Below are positions 27,020 to 39,993 of a stretch of 64,000 nucleotides of DNA, piece by piece (position 1 is the first letter of the stretch; every line of letters begins with the position of its first letter). The DNA lies in the NCBI RefSeq assembly GCF_009914755.1, contig NC_060927.1; one strand, given 5' to 3'. The stretch comes from the human T2T-CHM13v2.0 reference genome, Homo sapiens. Under the pieces are notes generated by a model. It worked only from the letters and a program-made list of their open reading frames with translations, did no database searches and had not been told where the DNA came from. The position numbers and the translations under genes were made by a program.

Positions 27020-27494
27020 TGTGATAGGCAGAATGCTGGCCCTGCCCCAAAGATGCCAGTGTCCTAATCTCTAGAACCTCTGAATATGCTACCTCACATG
27101 GCAAAAGGGACTCTGCCAATATGATGAAGGTAAGGATCTTAAAATGAGGAAAAAATTCTGGATTATCCTAGTGGACCTAATATTTTATAAGTGTACTTGT
27201 AAATGAAAGAGAGGGGCAGGAGTTGTGATTATGTGATTGCTGGCTTTGAAGATGAAAGAGGACCATAAGCCAAGGATCAAGGTCAGTCCCTAGAAACTGG
27301 AAAAGCCAAGAAAACAGACTCTCTGATAGACCCTCCAAAAGGAACAGGAAGGAAGCCCTGCCCAGTCTTAATTGTAGCCCAGTGAGACCCATTTTAGACT
27401 TCTGATTTCCAGAACTGTAAGATAGTAAATGTATATTGCTTTAAATTACTACATTTGTGGCAATTTGTCACATCAGTAGTAGGAAATGAATACA
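27020..27494 (+). mobile_element. MLT1D-like LTR
   Basis: TGTGATAGGCAGAAT…GGAAATGAATACA; TSD GGTAT/GCTAT. Confidence 0.85.
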
Positions 27495-28224
27495 GCTATA
27501 AAGTGGAAGAAACCATAGAAAGTTCACTGAGCCTTTTGAGATTAATCTTTAACTCATATTCTAAAATCATATAGCTCCCTGAGTGTCAAACTGATAACTA
27601 CATAATCACACTTTCACTGTTCTCAGGTTTACTACAAGCAGAATTACCCCATACTGGTGTTCAGGCAGATGAATTCTCACTATGAAATACTTTTTAATTG
27701 GCGTTCTTATGATTGCCTCCAAAATGTTTAAACCTTTTGACAGTTGCATCCATTTTATGAATCCATCTTCAGTAATAAAGATTGAAATGCTCTAAACCAC
27801 CAAAAATTAGTGGCTTAATCAGAAACTGAGGGTGGTTCTATAAATCCAAAGCTGCTGGTCATTAGACCTCACTGCCATCATTATGTATTTCTTCATCCTG
27901 ATGCATCTCACATTCATTTTTTGACACGTTAATGATTTCTGTCATAGGCATATTAACTGTCCACATGTAAATGTGATGGACACTGCTTTGGTTTAGCATG
28001 GGGCTATTTCGATTGGTCATACAGCCAAAGAAGGAAGTAAAGGATGTAAACAGTGTGGGTGCTTATATTTTTTTCCAATATTTGTGGAAGCATCTGTTTC
28101 TACATATGACTGGCACAAATGATATCTTTTTGTAAAATATTTCATAATTTCTCCAAAATATACCAGCTTTCTGGTTTTGTTTTTAGAGCTAGAGACTTTG
28201 TCTGCTCTCCTGACTTTTTGATAT

Positions 28225-28520
28225 TCTTTCTTTCCTTTTTTTTTCTTTCTTTTTTTTTTAAAGATGGCATCTCATTCTGTCGCCCAGGCTGGAGTGCAAT
28301 GGCATGATCTCAGCTCACTGCAACCTCACCTCCCAGGTTCAAGAGATTCTCCTGCCTCAGCCTCCCCAATAGCTGGGATTACAGGTGCCCGCCATCATGC
28401 CTGGCTAATTTTGTATTTTTAGTAGAGATGGGCTGGTCTCGACGTCCTGACTGCAAGTGATCTGCCCGCCTCGGCCTCCCAAACTGCTGGGATTAGAGGC
28501 GCAAGCCACTGTGCCTGGCT
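28225..28520 (-). mobile_element. AluS with ~20-bp internal deletion
   Basis: Reverse Alu; GAGATGG^GCTGGTCTC lacks GGTTTCACCATGTTGGCCAG. Confidence 0.92.
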
Positions 28521-29219
28521 GATATGCTTTCATTTTTCACTCCCTTTTTAATCTTCCCCTCCATTACCAGTTAACAAACTACTACAGCTGCCTCTGCAAA
28601 TGATAGAAGAACAAAAATTAGGAGGAGAGGGGGCTGGAGGAGGAGAAGAAAGAAGCAGAGAAGGAGAAGGACTTCATAGAAACTACGGCTGCTTTCAGGC
28701 ATATAATGTGAGATCTTGAGAGAGAATTAAGGAGTGAATTTCCACGTAACTTTCAAAGATTGTAAATAGGCTGCCTCTATTTTTTGCAATTGCCAGGCAA
28801 TGACAGTGTACTTTACTTCTACTCTCCTCTGAAGGAGCAAAATGAGTGCTCTATGGCCTTAACCTCTATTTCTCTCTTAACTGGATTCAAACGTATGTCA
28901 TGCTTTGAGCCTTCATTACGTAAGCGATTTTTCTCAAGGTCATTGGGAGCACCACGTTCACTGCCTCTGGATGGTTCACTGTACTGCCGTGCAGCCTTGC
29001 TGACCATTTCATGATTTGGGGTTCATGTTCATTTTATAGACTGGATTTTTTTCTGTTTTACGTTTCCCATTTTCTTTGTTACTTAGAATTAACCATGACC
29101 AGATCAATTAATAAAATAGTTCAGGTTGTCTTATTCTATTTGTGCATTTGGTTTGCAGTTACCTTCACAAATATTCTGGTGGCTAATGAAGTTAAACCAA
29201 AGTTTGTCAATCTGATTTT

Positions 29220-29700
29220 ACATAAGCTGTGTGCCAAAACTGTGTTAGGTTCAATAATGCTCATTTTCTTGTTTAATTTTCACAACAACTAAGAATATTA
29301 TCAGATTCATATTCTCCTTAGATAATTAATAATTAATCACATTATTATTCTCCTGAGAAGGAGGTGATACTATTCTCGATTTAGACATAAAGAATCTTAG
29401 GCTCAGAGAATCACCAGCAGATTGTAATTTTGAGCCTAGATCATCAATGTCTAAATTCTTGCTCCTCTTATTATACCATTCTACTAATTTATCAATGATA
29501 AATATTTGTTAAATGCATGTTGTGTGCTAGGCATTGCACCCTGTTCTTTATTTACAAACATATGAGTTATTATTATCTCTGATTTGTAGATGAAGAAATT
29601 GAGTTTAGAGTTAAATGATTGCCCAGGATTATGTTGTTACAAGTGCAGAATCAGTAATCAAATTGCTGTGCTGTGTCCTCCAGGGCCTGAGTTCCTACAT
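29220..29700 (-). mobile_element. Two adjacent MIR fragments
   Basis: TGTGCCAAAACTGTGTTAGG…GGCTCAGAGAA; TGTAGATGAAGAAATTGAG…TGCCCAGGAT. Confidence 0.6.
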
Positions 29701-31599
29701 TGCCATGAGCCATTAAAGGTAAGATGCTAATTAAAGGTATCCATGACTAATTTTAATGGCTAACACAAGTTTGGTGAAATTGATTTACCATAATATTTTG
29801 GTTACTTTTTAGGGCTACTCAGATACACATACTTGAACTGTAACAGCAAATAGTGAGAGGGGAAGTAAAGATTCTGAGCCTCCTTTCTGGGTTTACAGCA
29901 ATATTTTGAACTAAGAAGATGAAGTAGAATTAGACATGAGCAAAGCTCCATCCCTTTCTTCTGCAGGTGAGAAAGAAATAGAGGGTGTAGGAGGTAAGCA
30001 TACCTACCTAGTAAGCCTTCATGATTTAGGTATCTGGAGCAGGTGGGACTGGAGCAATTGCCATGAAGTTCACAATTTTAGTGTGGCCTGTGATCTGTTT
30101 CTTTGGCTACAGCTTACATATCAGGCCTGGGGATTTTTCTGGATTCTGAAGGTTCTAGCTTCCAGCCTTGAAATTATTCTCCTACTTGTAGGTCAGTAAA
30201 ACAAGCGTTTCTTTACTTGAAAGTTTTAAGTCGACAGTTGCCATGATAAATCACTCCCACTGATAGTGTTTTAGACTTTGTTGGTTCTACCTTACGGGAT
30301 TTTCATAGAGTTTCTAAAAGAGAAAGACAAGCACTAGAGTGAAGAATTGTTCTTATTGTGGAAGAATCATCAACCTTGGCTGGACACACAGATCAAGGGG
30401 TTCAGGGATGGGTGGCAAAGGATCATTGAGAGGGTTACATGTGACCCTTGCCTAACTATAGTAGTTAATTCAACTCTGCCTACACAATGACACGGATTAC
30501 CGAGGATATGACTTGTATTATACTCATCCCTCTGACCCCACATCCTAATGTTAATAATGATTCTTAAACCTGGAATTGAGAACTCAAATATAAACCAGTG
30601 CCCAGCACATAGCAACTCATCAATTAAGTTTATTGAATTAAATTAAATATTGGAATTGTATCTGTCAAAGCCATATCAGCTCTAAGCTTCTTAAGAGAAA
30701 AATCTGCCCAGAATTTCTCAGGAGGGATTTCTCAACATCGAAGCCGTCCTGTTCATATTGGATTTATTGTACTTACATAAACAGGAATACACGAGCAGGG
30801 AAGATCAGATCAGTTACCACAATAAGGGTTTTGTACCATGATATACATCATTTTCGCTCCCCTAGGAAAGCACTGCTGATGAAAACAATTTTGGAGGGAG
30901 GTGGTCTCAACAGAGTAGATGTTCAGGTGGAGGTTATCTCTGGTGCTCTGGGCTTCTTATTCATAATTTTCTCTTATGAAAGAGAGTGGTTTTCAACTTC
31001 ACAATTCCTTTGCTCATTTGGAAATATAGTAGCAGAAAGATGAAGAGAGTTTGTGACCCACAACTAAAGTCTGTGTTCTCTTGTCACTTCATCAAATTAG
31101 TTCTGGTGGCATTTGGTTCCCCCCCAGAAATAAATCACTGTTAAATGATTCTTTATAAAGCAGTCCACACATTTATCATACCACAGTGATCTGAACCCAT
31201 TTAGGGAATTATAAGCTACAGTTGGTCATGTTGCAGGCCTAGCAACTCTGGCCTTGTCACATTGCATCTCTCTCCACTCCCCGTGCTACCACTAATCCTT
31301 CAGGACTGAGATTCAAGGCTTTGCTAGTAAGAGGCTTGGAAATAATCATATAAAACATAATAGTGTGGCAAGGTGAGATCGAGCTTTTAATTTTTTTAAG
31401 TTCACAGAGAGCAAGAAGACAGATAGGAAAGGACCGGCAGATTGGGAAAAATCAGGAATAAGATGAAATATCCTCAGAACTTTAGCTTTTATGATTCCAC
31501 CTCACATTCAGTTTAATTATGAAATTTACTGGCAGTGACAATTGGCTTTTGGCATAAATTAATCATGCCAAGCATTATACATGAAATAAAATTTCAATC

Positions 31600-31800
31600 C
31601 TATTTGTTGAACATTTTCTAAGAGCTTGGCAATCTTGCCCAGCACTTTACGTAGGGTTTCTCCTTATCTACCTTATGAAATATGTTATTATTATCATTCC
31701 CACTTTTAATATGAGAATATTTGGGGATTAGAAGGCTTAAGTAATTTGACAAAGGTCATATGGGCTAGCATAATAGACTAGAAAACAAACTCAGGATGCT
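31600..31800 (-). mobile_element. MIR SINE
   Basis: TTATTATCATTCCCACTTTTAATATGAGAA…TTAAGTAATTTGACAAAGGTCA. Confidence 0.65.
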
Positions 31801-32304
31801 GTAATTACTACACTGGAATCATTCTTAGTTTTTTTTTTTTTTAAATGAAGTTGGCATTAGTTTTGTTTTTTAATCTTTAATACTTTTATCTGAGAATTGA
31901 TAATTAACCATTTTAAGAAAATAGTTACATAAATTTAGAAATCATTTGGAAAACAGGTAAAATTGCTACATTATTTCAATTTATATTTATTTTATTTTTA
32001 AAATAAATGATATTTTTTATCTATATTTGAGGGCTATATGAGAACCTAAGACTTCTATTGATGTTAATTATTGACTTTTATTTACTGTAGTTTTAGTGAA
32101 TAATTTAATTGACTGTTCTATTAATTCAGTCATCATATGCTAAACCTAGAGTAACTGCTGTTAATATTTTTTTTTTTAGCTACTACAAATTGAAGTATTT
32201 TTGATTAGAGTAAAATTTATTTCTAAAGGTAACCTGAGTAATATCTCTATGTTGTAGATAGATATTACTATCTATAGTAATATCTATGCATATAGTATCT
32301 ATGT

Positions 32305-32545
32305 AGTAGCTTTCCAATTTATTTTGCTATTATCTAAAATAAGAAATACATTTTATATTGTTCCAGTAAATGCACACATATAAACACATATATATGAAAT
32401 TGATACTTCATAAAATATTAGTTACCCTTATTATAATCAGTGCTCACTTGATATTTTACATTTTATCCCATTGTAAAATAGATACTGGTCATGACTCACA
32501 GTATTGATTTCATAACTCCCTAATGGTTGTAGCCTGCAGTTTATC
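32305..32545. mobile_element. hAT-Charlie-type MITE
   Basis: TAAGAAATACATTTTATATTG…CTGGTCATGACTCAC…TTGATTTCATAACTCCCTAATGG…CCTGCAGTTT. Confidence 0.55.
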
Positions 32546-32554
32546 ATTTGTTCA

Positions 32555-33069
<515 letters not shown>

Positions 33070-33589
33070 TCATTCCATAGTATTATAGAAAATGTCGAAC
33101 TGTTTAAGCATTCCAGCACTTTATTTTTTAATTGTTATTATTTTTCTACCCTCAGCATGCATCAGAGGAGCATTCCAGCCCTTTAGTTTGGATTTTCTTG
33201 CTATTTCTGATTTTAACTATGTGTGTTCTTCATATCTTGGACTAAAAAATAAAAACAAATTAAAAATAGCAAAAAAAAAAATTTGCAGTAATTTTAACAG
33301 ACCAACATTAAGTACTCTGGAAGCCAGACCAGAAGCTAGGGGCTCGTTAATTTTTATGTATCATCAATGGAAATGACTTTTATTTGTTAATTATTTTTTA
33401 TGACCACCTATTGTAACATCTTCCAACACATATTTCCCCCTCTTTCCCGTCCTCCACTCTTTAACCTTCCTTGCCCATTTTTTGTAGAGATGCCAGTGAG
33501 GTCTTTCTCAGTCAGTGCTTCAATCCCATTATTTCCCATCTCAACAGGCTTCACTGGCTCACCATTATCTTTCATATTAGTCACAGGCT

Positions 33590-33890
33590 CCTCAGCCTGA
33601 ATTGAGGCCTTTATGACACAATTCTAGTCTACCTTTGGAGATGTGCTTCCTTTCAGTGTCCTCTCTGTATTTCATACTTACTGCTTTGATCAGACAAGAT
33701 GGCCTGTCTTTTTCCAAATGGATCTCACAATTTCCAGGCTCTGTGTATTTGCTTATGTTGTATCCTCTACCTAGAAGTCTTTTCTCCTGGTCCATCTGTC
33801 CTCATTAAAAACTCCACTCCTGTTTTCAAATTCCTTGTCTGTTTCATCGTGACTCTTCTAATTGATTCTCTTTCACTCCCACACTACTTC
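33590..33890 (+). mobile_element. L2 fragment
   Basis: CTCTGTGTATTTGCTTATGTTGTATCCTCTACCTAGAAGTC. Confidence 0.5.
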
Positions 33891-34142
33891 TATTGATGTT
33901 GATTTCTCTGAAGCTGGCTCCTAGTGCCTTTTTTCTTCTTAAGGCATGATAGTGTGTCTCAAGTTGGAATGATTTCATGGCTCCCATATGGTTGATTGGT
34001 TGTGGGACTTTATCGCTAATGATAATTCAGAAAATAGTAGTAGGACTAATTGCAATTCTGCAGATTTCACCTTAAACATATGCTGCTTCTTGGGCTGTGG
34101 AAGTTGGACACATTGAGATAAGATTATTCAGAAAAACAGCAA

Positions 34143-34452
34143 GGCCGGGCGCAGTGGCTCCCTCCCATAATCTCAGCACTTTGGGAGGCCTAGGTGAGAG
34201 GGTCGCTTGAGCCCAGGAGTTTGAGAGTAGCCTGGGCATTATAGGGGTACCCTGTCTCTACAGAAAATAAAAAAAAAAAATTAGCCTTGGTGGTGTGTGC
34301 CTGTAGTCCCAGCTACTCAGATGGCCGGGGTAGAAATCACTTGAGCTCAGAAGACACAGGTTGCAGTGAGCTGAGATTGCACCACTGCACTTCAGCCTGG
34401 GTGACAGAGCGAGCCCCTGTCTCAAAAAAAAAAAGAAAAGAAAAGAAAAAAA
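34143..34452 (+). mobile_element. AluJ
   Basis: Diverged dimer; GCTTGAGCCCAGGAGTTTGAG; A tail. Confidence 0.92.
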
Positions 34453-34831
34453 TATTAGTAGGTCTAACTGTAATTTTCTAACTTCTGGTTTTAAATATAC
34501 ACTGTTTCTTGGGCAGTGACAGTAGGGTAAAATTACCCAGTTTGTGTAAATCTTATGAGGCTTGATAAATGGACTTAATAATTATCAGATGACGAAATTA
34601 AATGAGTCGGTGAATGTTAATGCGTCCCTCCTTCCATGTAACTAGATGCCTTGGGACAGTTCCAATATGTGGCATTTATATTGTATTATGATGTGTTAAT
34701 AATGTGGATCAGAGACAAGCAAAAGTCAAGGATAAATGTAATTTCCTGTGAAATGTATATTTAATACTTTTTAACATTTAGCGGAATTACCTTTGGATGT
34801 CAATTGAACATTACATCCCCTTACTACCGTG

Positions 34832-34833
<2 letters not shown>

Positions 34834-34862
<29 letters not shown>
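34834..34862. repeat. (TG)14 microsatellite
   Basis: Seen directly. Confidence 0.95.
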
Positions 34863-35078
34863 TGGGGGGGTGGTGTCTAAGGAGTAAATCTATTCTCTTA
34901 CTGCAATTTCAAACACTGAAGTATTATAAACTTTCTTTAATTGTATCGAGTTTTATATATTTTGTTGATTCTAAGAGTTTTTGTGTATGTGTGTGATATC
35001 AGTGAATCAGGCAAATTTCCCAGTGTGTGAAGCTTTTGGGTCAGCTATTAGGTTATTACATCATTTCAGAAATGCTCC

Positions 35079-35097
35079 GTCTGCCTTCTGGTGGCCT
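35079..35097 (-). promoter_or_regulatory. Candidate CTCF motif
   Basis: Minus strand AGGCCACCAGAAGGCAGAC versus core CCACYAGRKGGCR; one mismatch; motif match only. Confidence 0.3.
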
Positions 35098-35663
35098 TCA
35101 GATTTGGCCAAGTAGTGGAGTAGTGCAAAGACTGCTAATATTGTAGAAATCCCGTGACCATACGCAGTGGTTTTTATTTTGTTCTAAGGGGTACACACTT
35201 CCATTTGTCTGTTTTCATGCGGAGCACATTTATATGAGGGTAAGTTCAATGGCAACTTTTAGTCTGTAGAGGGATACGTTGAGAAATATGTTACTGACCA
35301 TAAATTACCAATTTGAGATGAATGCATACTTCAGAGGCCCCACTAGCTCACATTTTTACTGCTGTCCCCTAAAAGCACCTTCAGGTTTATATGCTGAAGA
35401 TGGAGACCTTCATAGTTAGAAAATTGCATTCCCTCAGGCCACAGGAAATATTGCTTGACATTCTGTAACACTATTTGATGTTCTTAAAACAGCATGCTAT
35501 GTAGATACTACTCTAGGTCATGTCTAATTTTTTAATCTGTATTTATAAATACTATGAAGCTTGTGGTTTTTAAGAATAGTAATGTTTACATTTATATAAT
35601 TTGATGCAATGACTTTTCCCTGTAATATAAAATTAATTTAATGTTTAGTATAAAGGAAATAAC

Positions 35664-35723
35664 CAGGTTGTATAGTTGTAGGTTGTGCAACTACAGGTTG
35701 TGTAGTTGCAGGTTGTGTAGTTG
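35664..35723. repeat. 15-bp tandem repeat x4 (CAGGTTGTGTAGTTG) with an internal micro-inversion
   Basis: Units start at 35664, 35679, 35694 and 35709. Confidence 0.9.
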
Positions 35724-36039
35724 ACTTGTGTATTTTCACTTCCTCATACTGACAACATAACCAGAGGCCTGACCAATGCTGGTGAAATAACCAAAAAGGT
35801 TGTCAGGCAGACCTTTGCGTTTTAATGCAAATTCAACAGGGAATGGGGTGGGCATAGCTTTTTTTTTTTTTTCTGTATTATATCAAGTAAGCTGAATATA
35901 TGCAAGGTTAGAGTTTAAATGTAATGATTAGTTTTATTCATATACATTTAAAATCTAATATTCTACAAGATGCTTAGCACCATACTTGACACATTGTGAG
36001 CATTCAGTAAACTGATGTTATCCTTTAAGAAGCATTTAC

Positions 36040-36215
36040 CACAGAGGTTAAGAGCATATGCTCTAGAGCAAAGTTGCCTAAACTATTTCTGCCTCTGTTT
36101 CATCATTTCTAATATAGGGATAGATCATTTAGTTCATAGAACACTGTTAAATCCATATAAAGCATCTATAACAGTGTTTTTAATAAGTAAAAAAAAGTCA
36201 GCTAAATATTAGTTG
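36040..36215 (+). mobile_element. MIR SINE
   Basis: GGTTAAGAGCATATGCTCTAGAGC…TCTGCCTCTGTTTCATCATTTCTAATATAGGGAT. Confidence 0.7.
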
Positions 36216-36965
36216 TTTATTAATTGTAATATATCCTAAAGCAACTTATTTCTTAACGTAGACTTCTGCACATTCTTGGAAAATTAATATCTCTTTTTTT
36301 CCTTGCAATTTTTTTGGATATTTGAAACTATAAGTATCTTCACCCAGTTGTAGGACATATGTTTTTCTATTTTCTTCCCCCTTGTTGGAGAAATCTATTT
36401 CTACGGGACAAGCTGGTTATTTGTCTACAGATCCTCCCCTGGGGATTCTGTAGCAGCTACTTCAAAGCTATCTCAGCTTGCACTTAATCATTTGAAACAT
36501 CAGATAACTTGCTTGTTCATTTTATGCATGTTTTCTTATTGAGGAAATTAGTCAACCTAAAATGAGCACCAGAAGATTATTTTTCTTGGTTTTACTCTTA
36601 AAGTCATTCTCAAGCATGTTATCTTGGAAGAGCAGGGCACTCTCCTGCAGCTTTTAAGGATGACTGAACTGGAGAACATTCTGTTTAACCACAAAACTCA
36701 TGTTCCCTCTGTTTAATTTCTTAAAGCTTGCCCTCCCTTCAATGCAATTACCATTTTTCTTACACATTAAGAGGACAAAATTTGTTGGCTTCCTCTTTGG
36801 GGGAGGATGTTTATTTATTTAGAAGATACTTTTTGAGTTCCTACTGGTCCACCGGGAACTATCGTAAGTAAGTTGAGGATACAGGGATGAGCAAAATGGA
36901 CAAATTCTTTGTTCTCATGGACCCCACAGGAGAAGAAAGACAATAGCTAGTAAGCAAGTAATACA

Positions 36966-37115
36966 TTTTTTTAGACAGCTAATTTTTGTATTTTTAGTAG
37001 AGATGGGGTTTTGCCATGTTGGCCGGGCTGGTCTGGAACTCCTGACCTCAAGTGATCCGCCCACCTCAGCCTCCCAAAGTGCCGGGATTACAGGCATGAG
37101 CCACTTCGCCTGGCC
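36966..37115 (-). mobile_element. AluS with the right monomer deleted
   Basis: TTTTTTTAGACAG joined directly to CTAATTTTTGTATTTTTAG; degenerate TSD CAAGTAA. Confidence 0.9.
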
Positions 37116-37433
37116 AACAAGTAAATATTTTTGACTATGTGGAAATATGATGAAGAAAATGATGAATAGGAAAATGGGACTAAGAGGCAAGAAGGGCGAA
37201 GCATCTATGAGGAAGTGGTATGTGGACAGAGATTTGAATGCTGACAGGGAGGCAGCTAAGAGACTCTCTGAACAAAGAAGTATCCAGGCAGAAGGAACAG
37301 CATGGGCCAGGGCTCTGGGGCCAAAACAAGCTCAGTCTGGCTGAGAAAGGGAATAAATGACTGAACACATTTCTGTAGCCTTCTATGTTCCAGGTGCTAT
37401 CCAAGGTGCTTGGGATACGTCAGCCAACATATT

Positions 37434-37854
37434 TGCAATGTTTTGCATAGTTGTCCTCTCCAAAACTCATGTCGAAATTTAATCCCCAGTGTAGCAGAAT
37501 TGAGAATTGGGGCCTTTAAGAGGTGATTAGACCCTGAGGGATCTGCCCTCAAGAATGGATTCATCCACTCATGGATTAATGGATTAATGACTAATGGACT
37601 AATGAGTTGTCATGAAAGTGGGACTGGTGGCTTTATAAGAAGAGGAAAACAGACCTGAGCTAGGACACTCAGTCATGTGACAGCCTGTGCCACCTTGGGA
37701 CCCTGCTGAGAGTCCCCACCAGCAAGAAGGCCCTCACCAGATGTGGCTTCTTTATTTTGGACTTCTCAGCCTTCATAACTGTAAGAAATAAATTTCTTTT
37801 CTTTATGAATTACCCAGTTTCAGTTTATTTTGTTAACAGCAACAGGCTAAGACA
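37434..37854 (+). mobile_element. MST/MLT1A-type MaLR LTR
   Basis: CCAAAACTCATGTCGAAATTTAATCCCC…CAGCAAGAAGGCCCTCACCAGATG…CTAAGACA; TSD ATATT/ATAAT. Confidence 0.88.
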
Positions 37855-38579
37855 ATAATGCATGATTTTTTCTAAGTAAATTATGTACAATATTAACTGA
37901 TCAGTGTTTTAAAAAAATGTTTGTATGCAGGGAGGTAAGAGTGCAGGAATAGGTGGGCTACAGTGTAAAACACTGAGGTCAAGGTAGGTCTCATAGAGCA
38001 GGTGGCATTTAAACAAAGTATTGAAGGAGACGGGGCAAGTTTGTCAGATGGGTATGTGGGAGAAGGAATTACCAGGCACAGGTAATAGCTAGTACAAAAG
38101 CCGTAAGGTAGCAGTAGGCCCAGCTTGTTCCAAGTGCCTCAAGAAAGCCTCTGTAACTGGAACAGAGTGAGTGAGATGAGTGAGGCGGAGAAGAGGTTAG
38201 AGAAGTGATAAGAGGTGGCATCAGGCCAGTCTTTGTAAACCACTGTCAGGACTTCCGTTTGATTGAAACGAGGTGCCGTCTGGTAGGTAGCTTTGGGGTC
38301 TAGACTGGGGAGGGGTGGAGCAAAGTTAGGAGCAGGGTGACTTGTTAGCAGAATAATGGAATAAGCCATGAGCCACACTCTGGTTGCTCTTACAGGGCCG
38401 TGGTAGAGATGATGGGACTTTGTCAGATTCTGAATATATTTAGAAGGCTTCAGAAGTGAAGTATGAGAGAAAGAAGAATCCAGGATGTGACTCCAAGTGT
38501 TTTGTCCTGAAAAAATAGAAGATTGAGATGGGAAAGACTAGTGCTGGAACAGGATTGGATGAGGTGAGGAGTGGCTGTG

Positions 38580-38997
38580 TAAAGCAGGAGACACCCACCG
38601 TTCCCAGGGCGTAGTTCTGTATCTGCCTTCCTGAGTTAGGCTTGGCAGTACGACTGGCTCTGGCCGGTGGGTCATGTCGATGTGAGACAAAAGCAGGGTA
38701 CGGAAATGTACTCCCAGATCGGGCTCAGCCTCTTGTGATGCAGTCATTTTCATGAGAAGAGCTTTCCTGGGGCAGACGTTGCCCTCTTAGCCTGGACCCC
38801 AAGTGAATGCAAGTGACACAGAGCCACCCCAGCTAAGCCCAGCTCATCCCACATTTGGAAGGAGGGCTGCCCATGGAGCCTGCTTTAGATTACCAGACCC
38901 TACAGAATCAAGAGAATTAATAGCTACTGTTGTAAGCCAATGAGTTTGGAGGTGGTCTGTTATGCAGAAGTTTTGTGGCAATAGCTCAGTAATAGAG
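38580..38997 (+). mobile_element. MLT1H/I-type LTR
   Basis: TGTTGTAAGCCAATGAGTTTGGAGGTGGTCTGTTATGCAG…GGCAATAGCT. Confidence 0.6.
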
Positions 38998-39993
38998 AAT
39001 CCAGGGAGTGAAGTGAAATAGGGAGTTGGATATAGGAGTCTGGAGTTGAGAAGAAGTCTTGGTTGGAGACAAAAATGTAAGCGTCATTGGCATACCAATG
39101 GTATTTAAAACCTCAAGGCAAATGAGATCACCATGGGAGTGAATGTAGTAGAGAGGGTGACCGAAGATTGCATGACTACATCATTACAATGTCTGGAAGA
39201 AGAGGAGCAACCCATGAGGAGGAAGGAAAATGCCCTACAAATGAAATGGATGAAAACAATATCTAGGAGGAGGAAGTGACAAATGATGTCAAAGGCAACT
39301 GCCAAGAATTGGTCATTGGATGTGGTAACCTGGGGAGAATTGTTGACTTTGATAAATACAGTTTTATGGGAGTGTTGGAGGTGCAAGCCTGATTAGAGTG
39401 ATTTTAAACACGAATATAGGCGGAGAGCAACTGGAGATAGAGAGCAAAGTAACTTTTTGAGGAGTTTGTGGGAAGGAGACAGAAATGAAATGAAACAATG
39501 GCCTCCTCACAAAAGGAGTGCGAAACCATGGTAAGGGTGTACTTTATTCTGAGCGGGGAGGTAGTTGAAGTGTTTAAATAATGACCTATTTGTCTTTTAG
39601 ATATTGCTCTGACTGCTGTATAGAGAATGGCGTGGGGTGAAAGGGAGCAGAACAGTTATAAGGCTATTTCTGTTTCCTAGGTGAGAGAGTGTGTTGGCTT
39701 CAGCTGTAGCCCTGGAAATGTGGAAAGTCATGTGTAAATTTCACATGGGGTAATGGTATTAGGTAGACAGCAGTGTGGGATCTTTAGCTTAAGGAACTTA
39801 AAAAAGTGTTTGTGATCAAATGAAAAATCACAAATGTATATGAGAATTATGTTTTGTAACTTCTCTTTAGCTCTACCTTATCTTATATAAATCATACTGG
39901 TTTGAAGCAATATATATTGGTTACTTTATTAAAATTTACATTCTGTTATTTTTTTAAATAATTCCTGTTGTCTATGATAAAATGGATATGACT

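Larger units (their letters stand above)
36805..39720 (-). mobile_element. L2 fragments forming a nest interrupted by Alu, MST and MLT1
   Basis: Repeated L2 motifs, e.g. CCAGGCAGAAGGAACAGCATG and GTATTTAAAACCTCAAGGCAAATGAGATCACC. Confidence 0.7.

Noticed and set aside
31304-31378. Exon ending at AAG|GTGAGA
   Set aside because: The nearest acceptor has its branch-point-like CACTAAT too close to the AG; insufficient support
35664-35723. Short repeats as a CRISPR-like array
   Set aside because: Contiguous tandem units with no spacers; eukaryotic context; no cas genes
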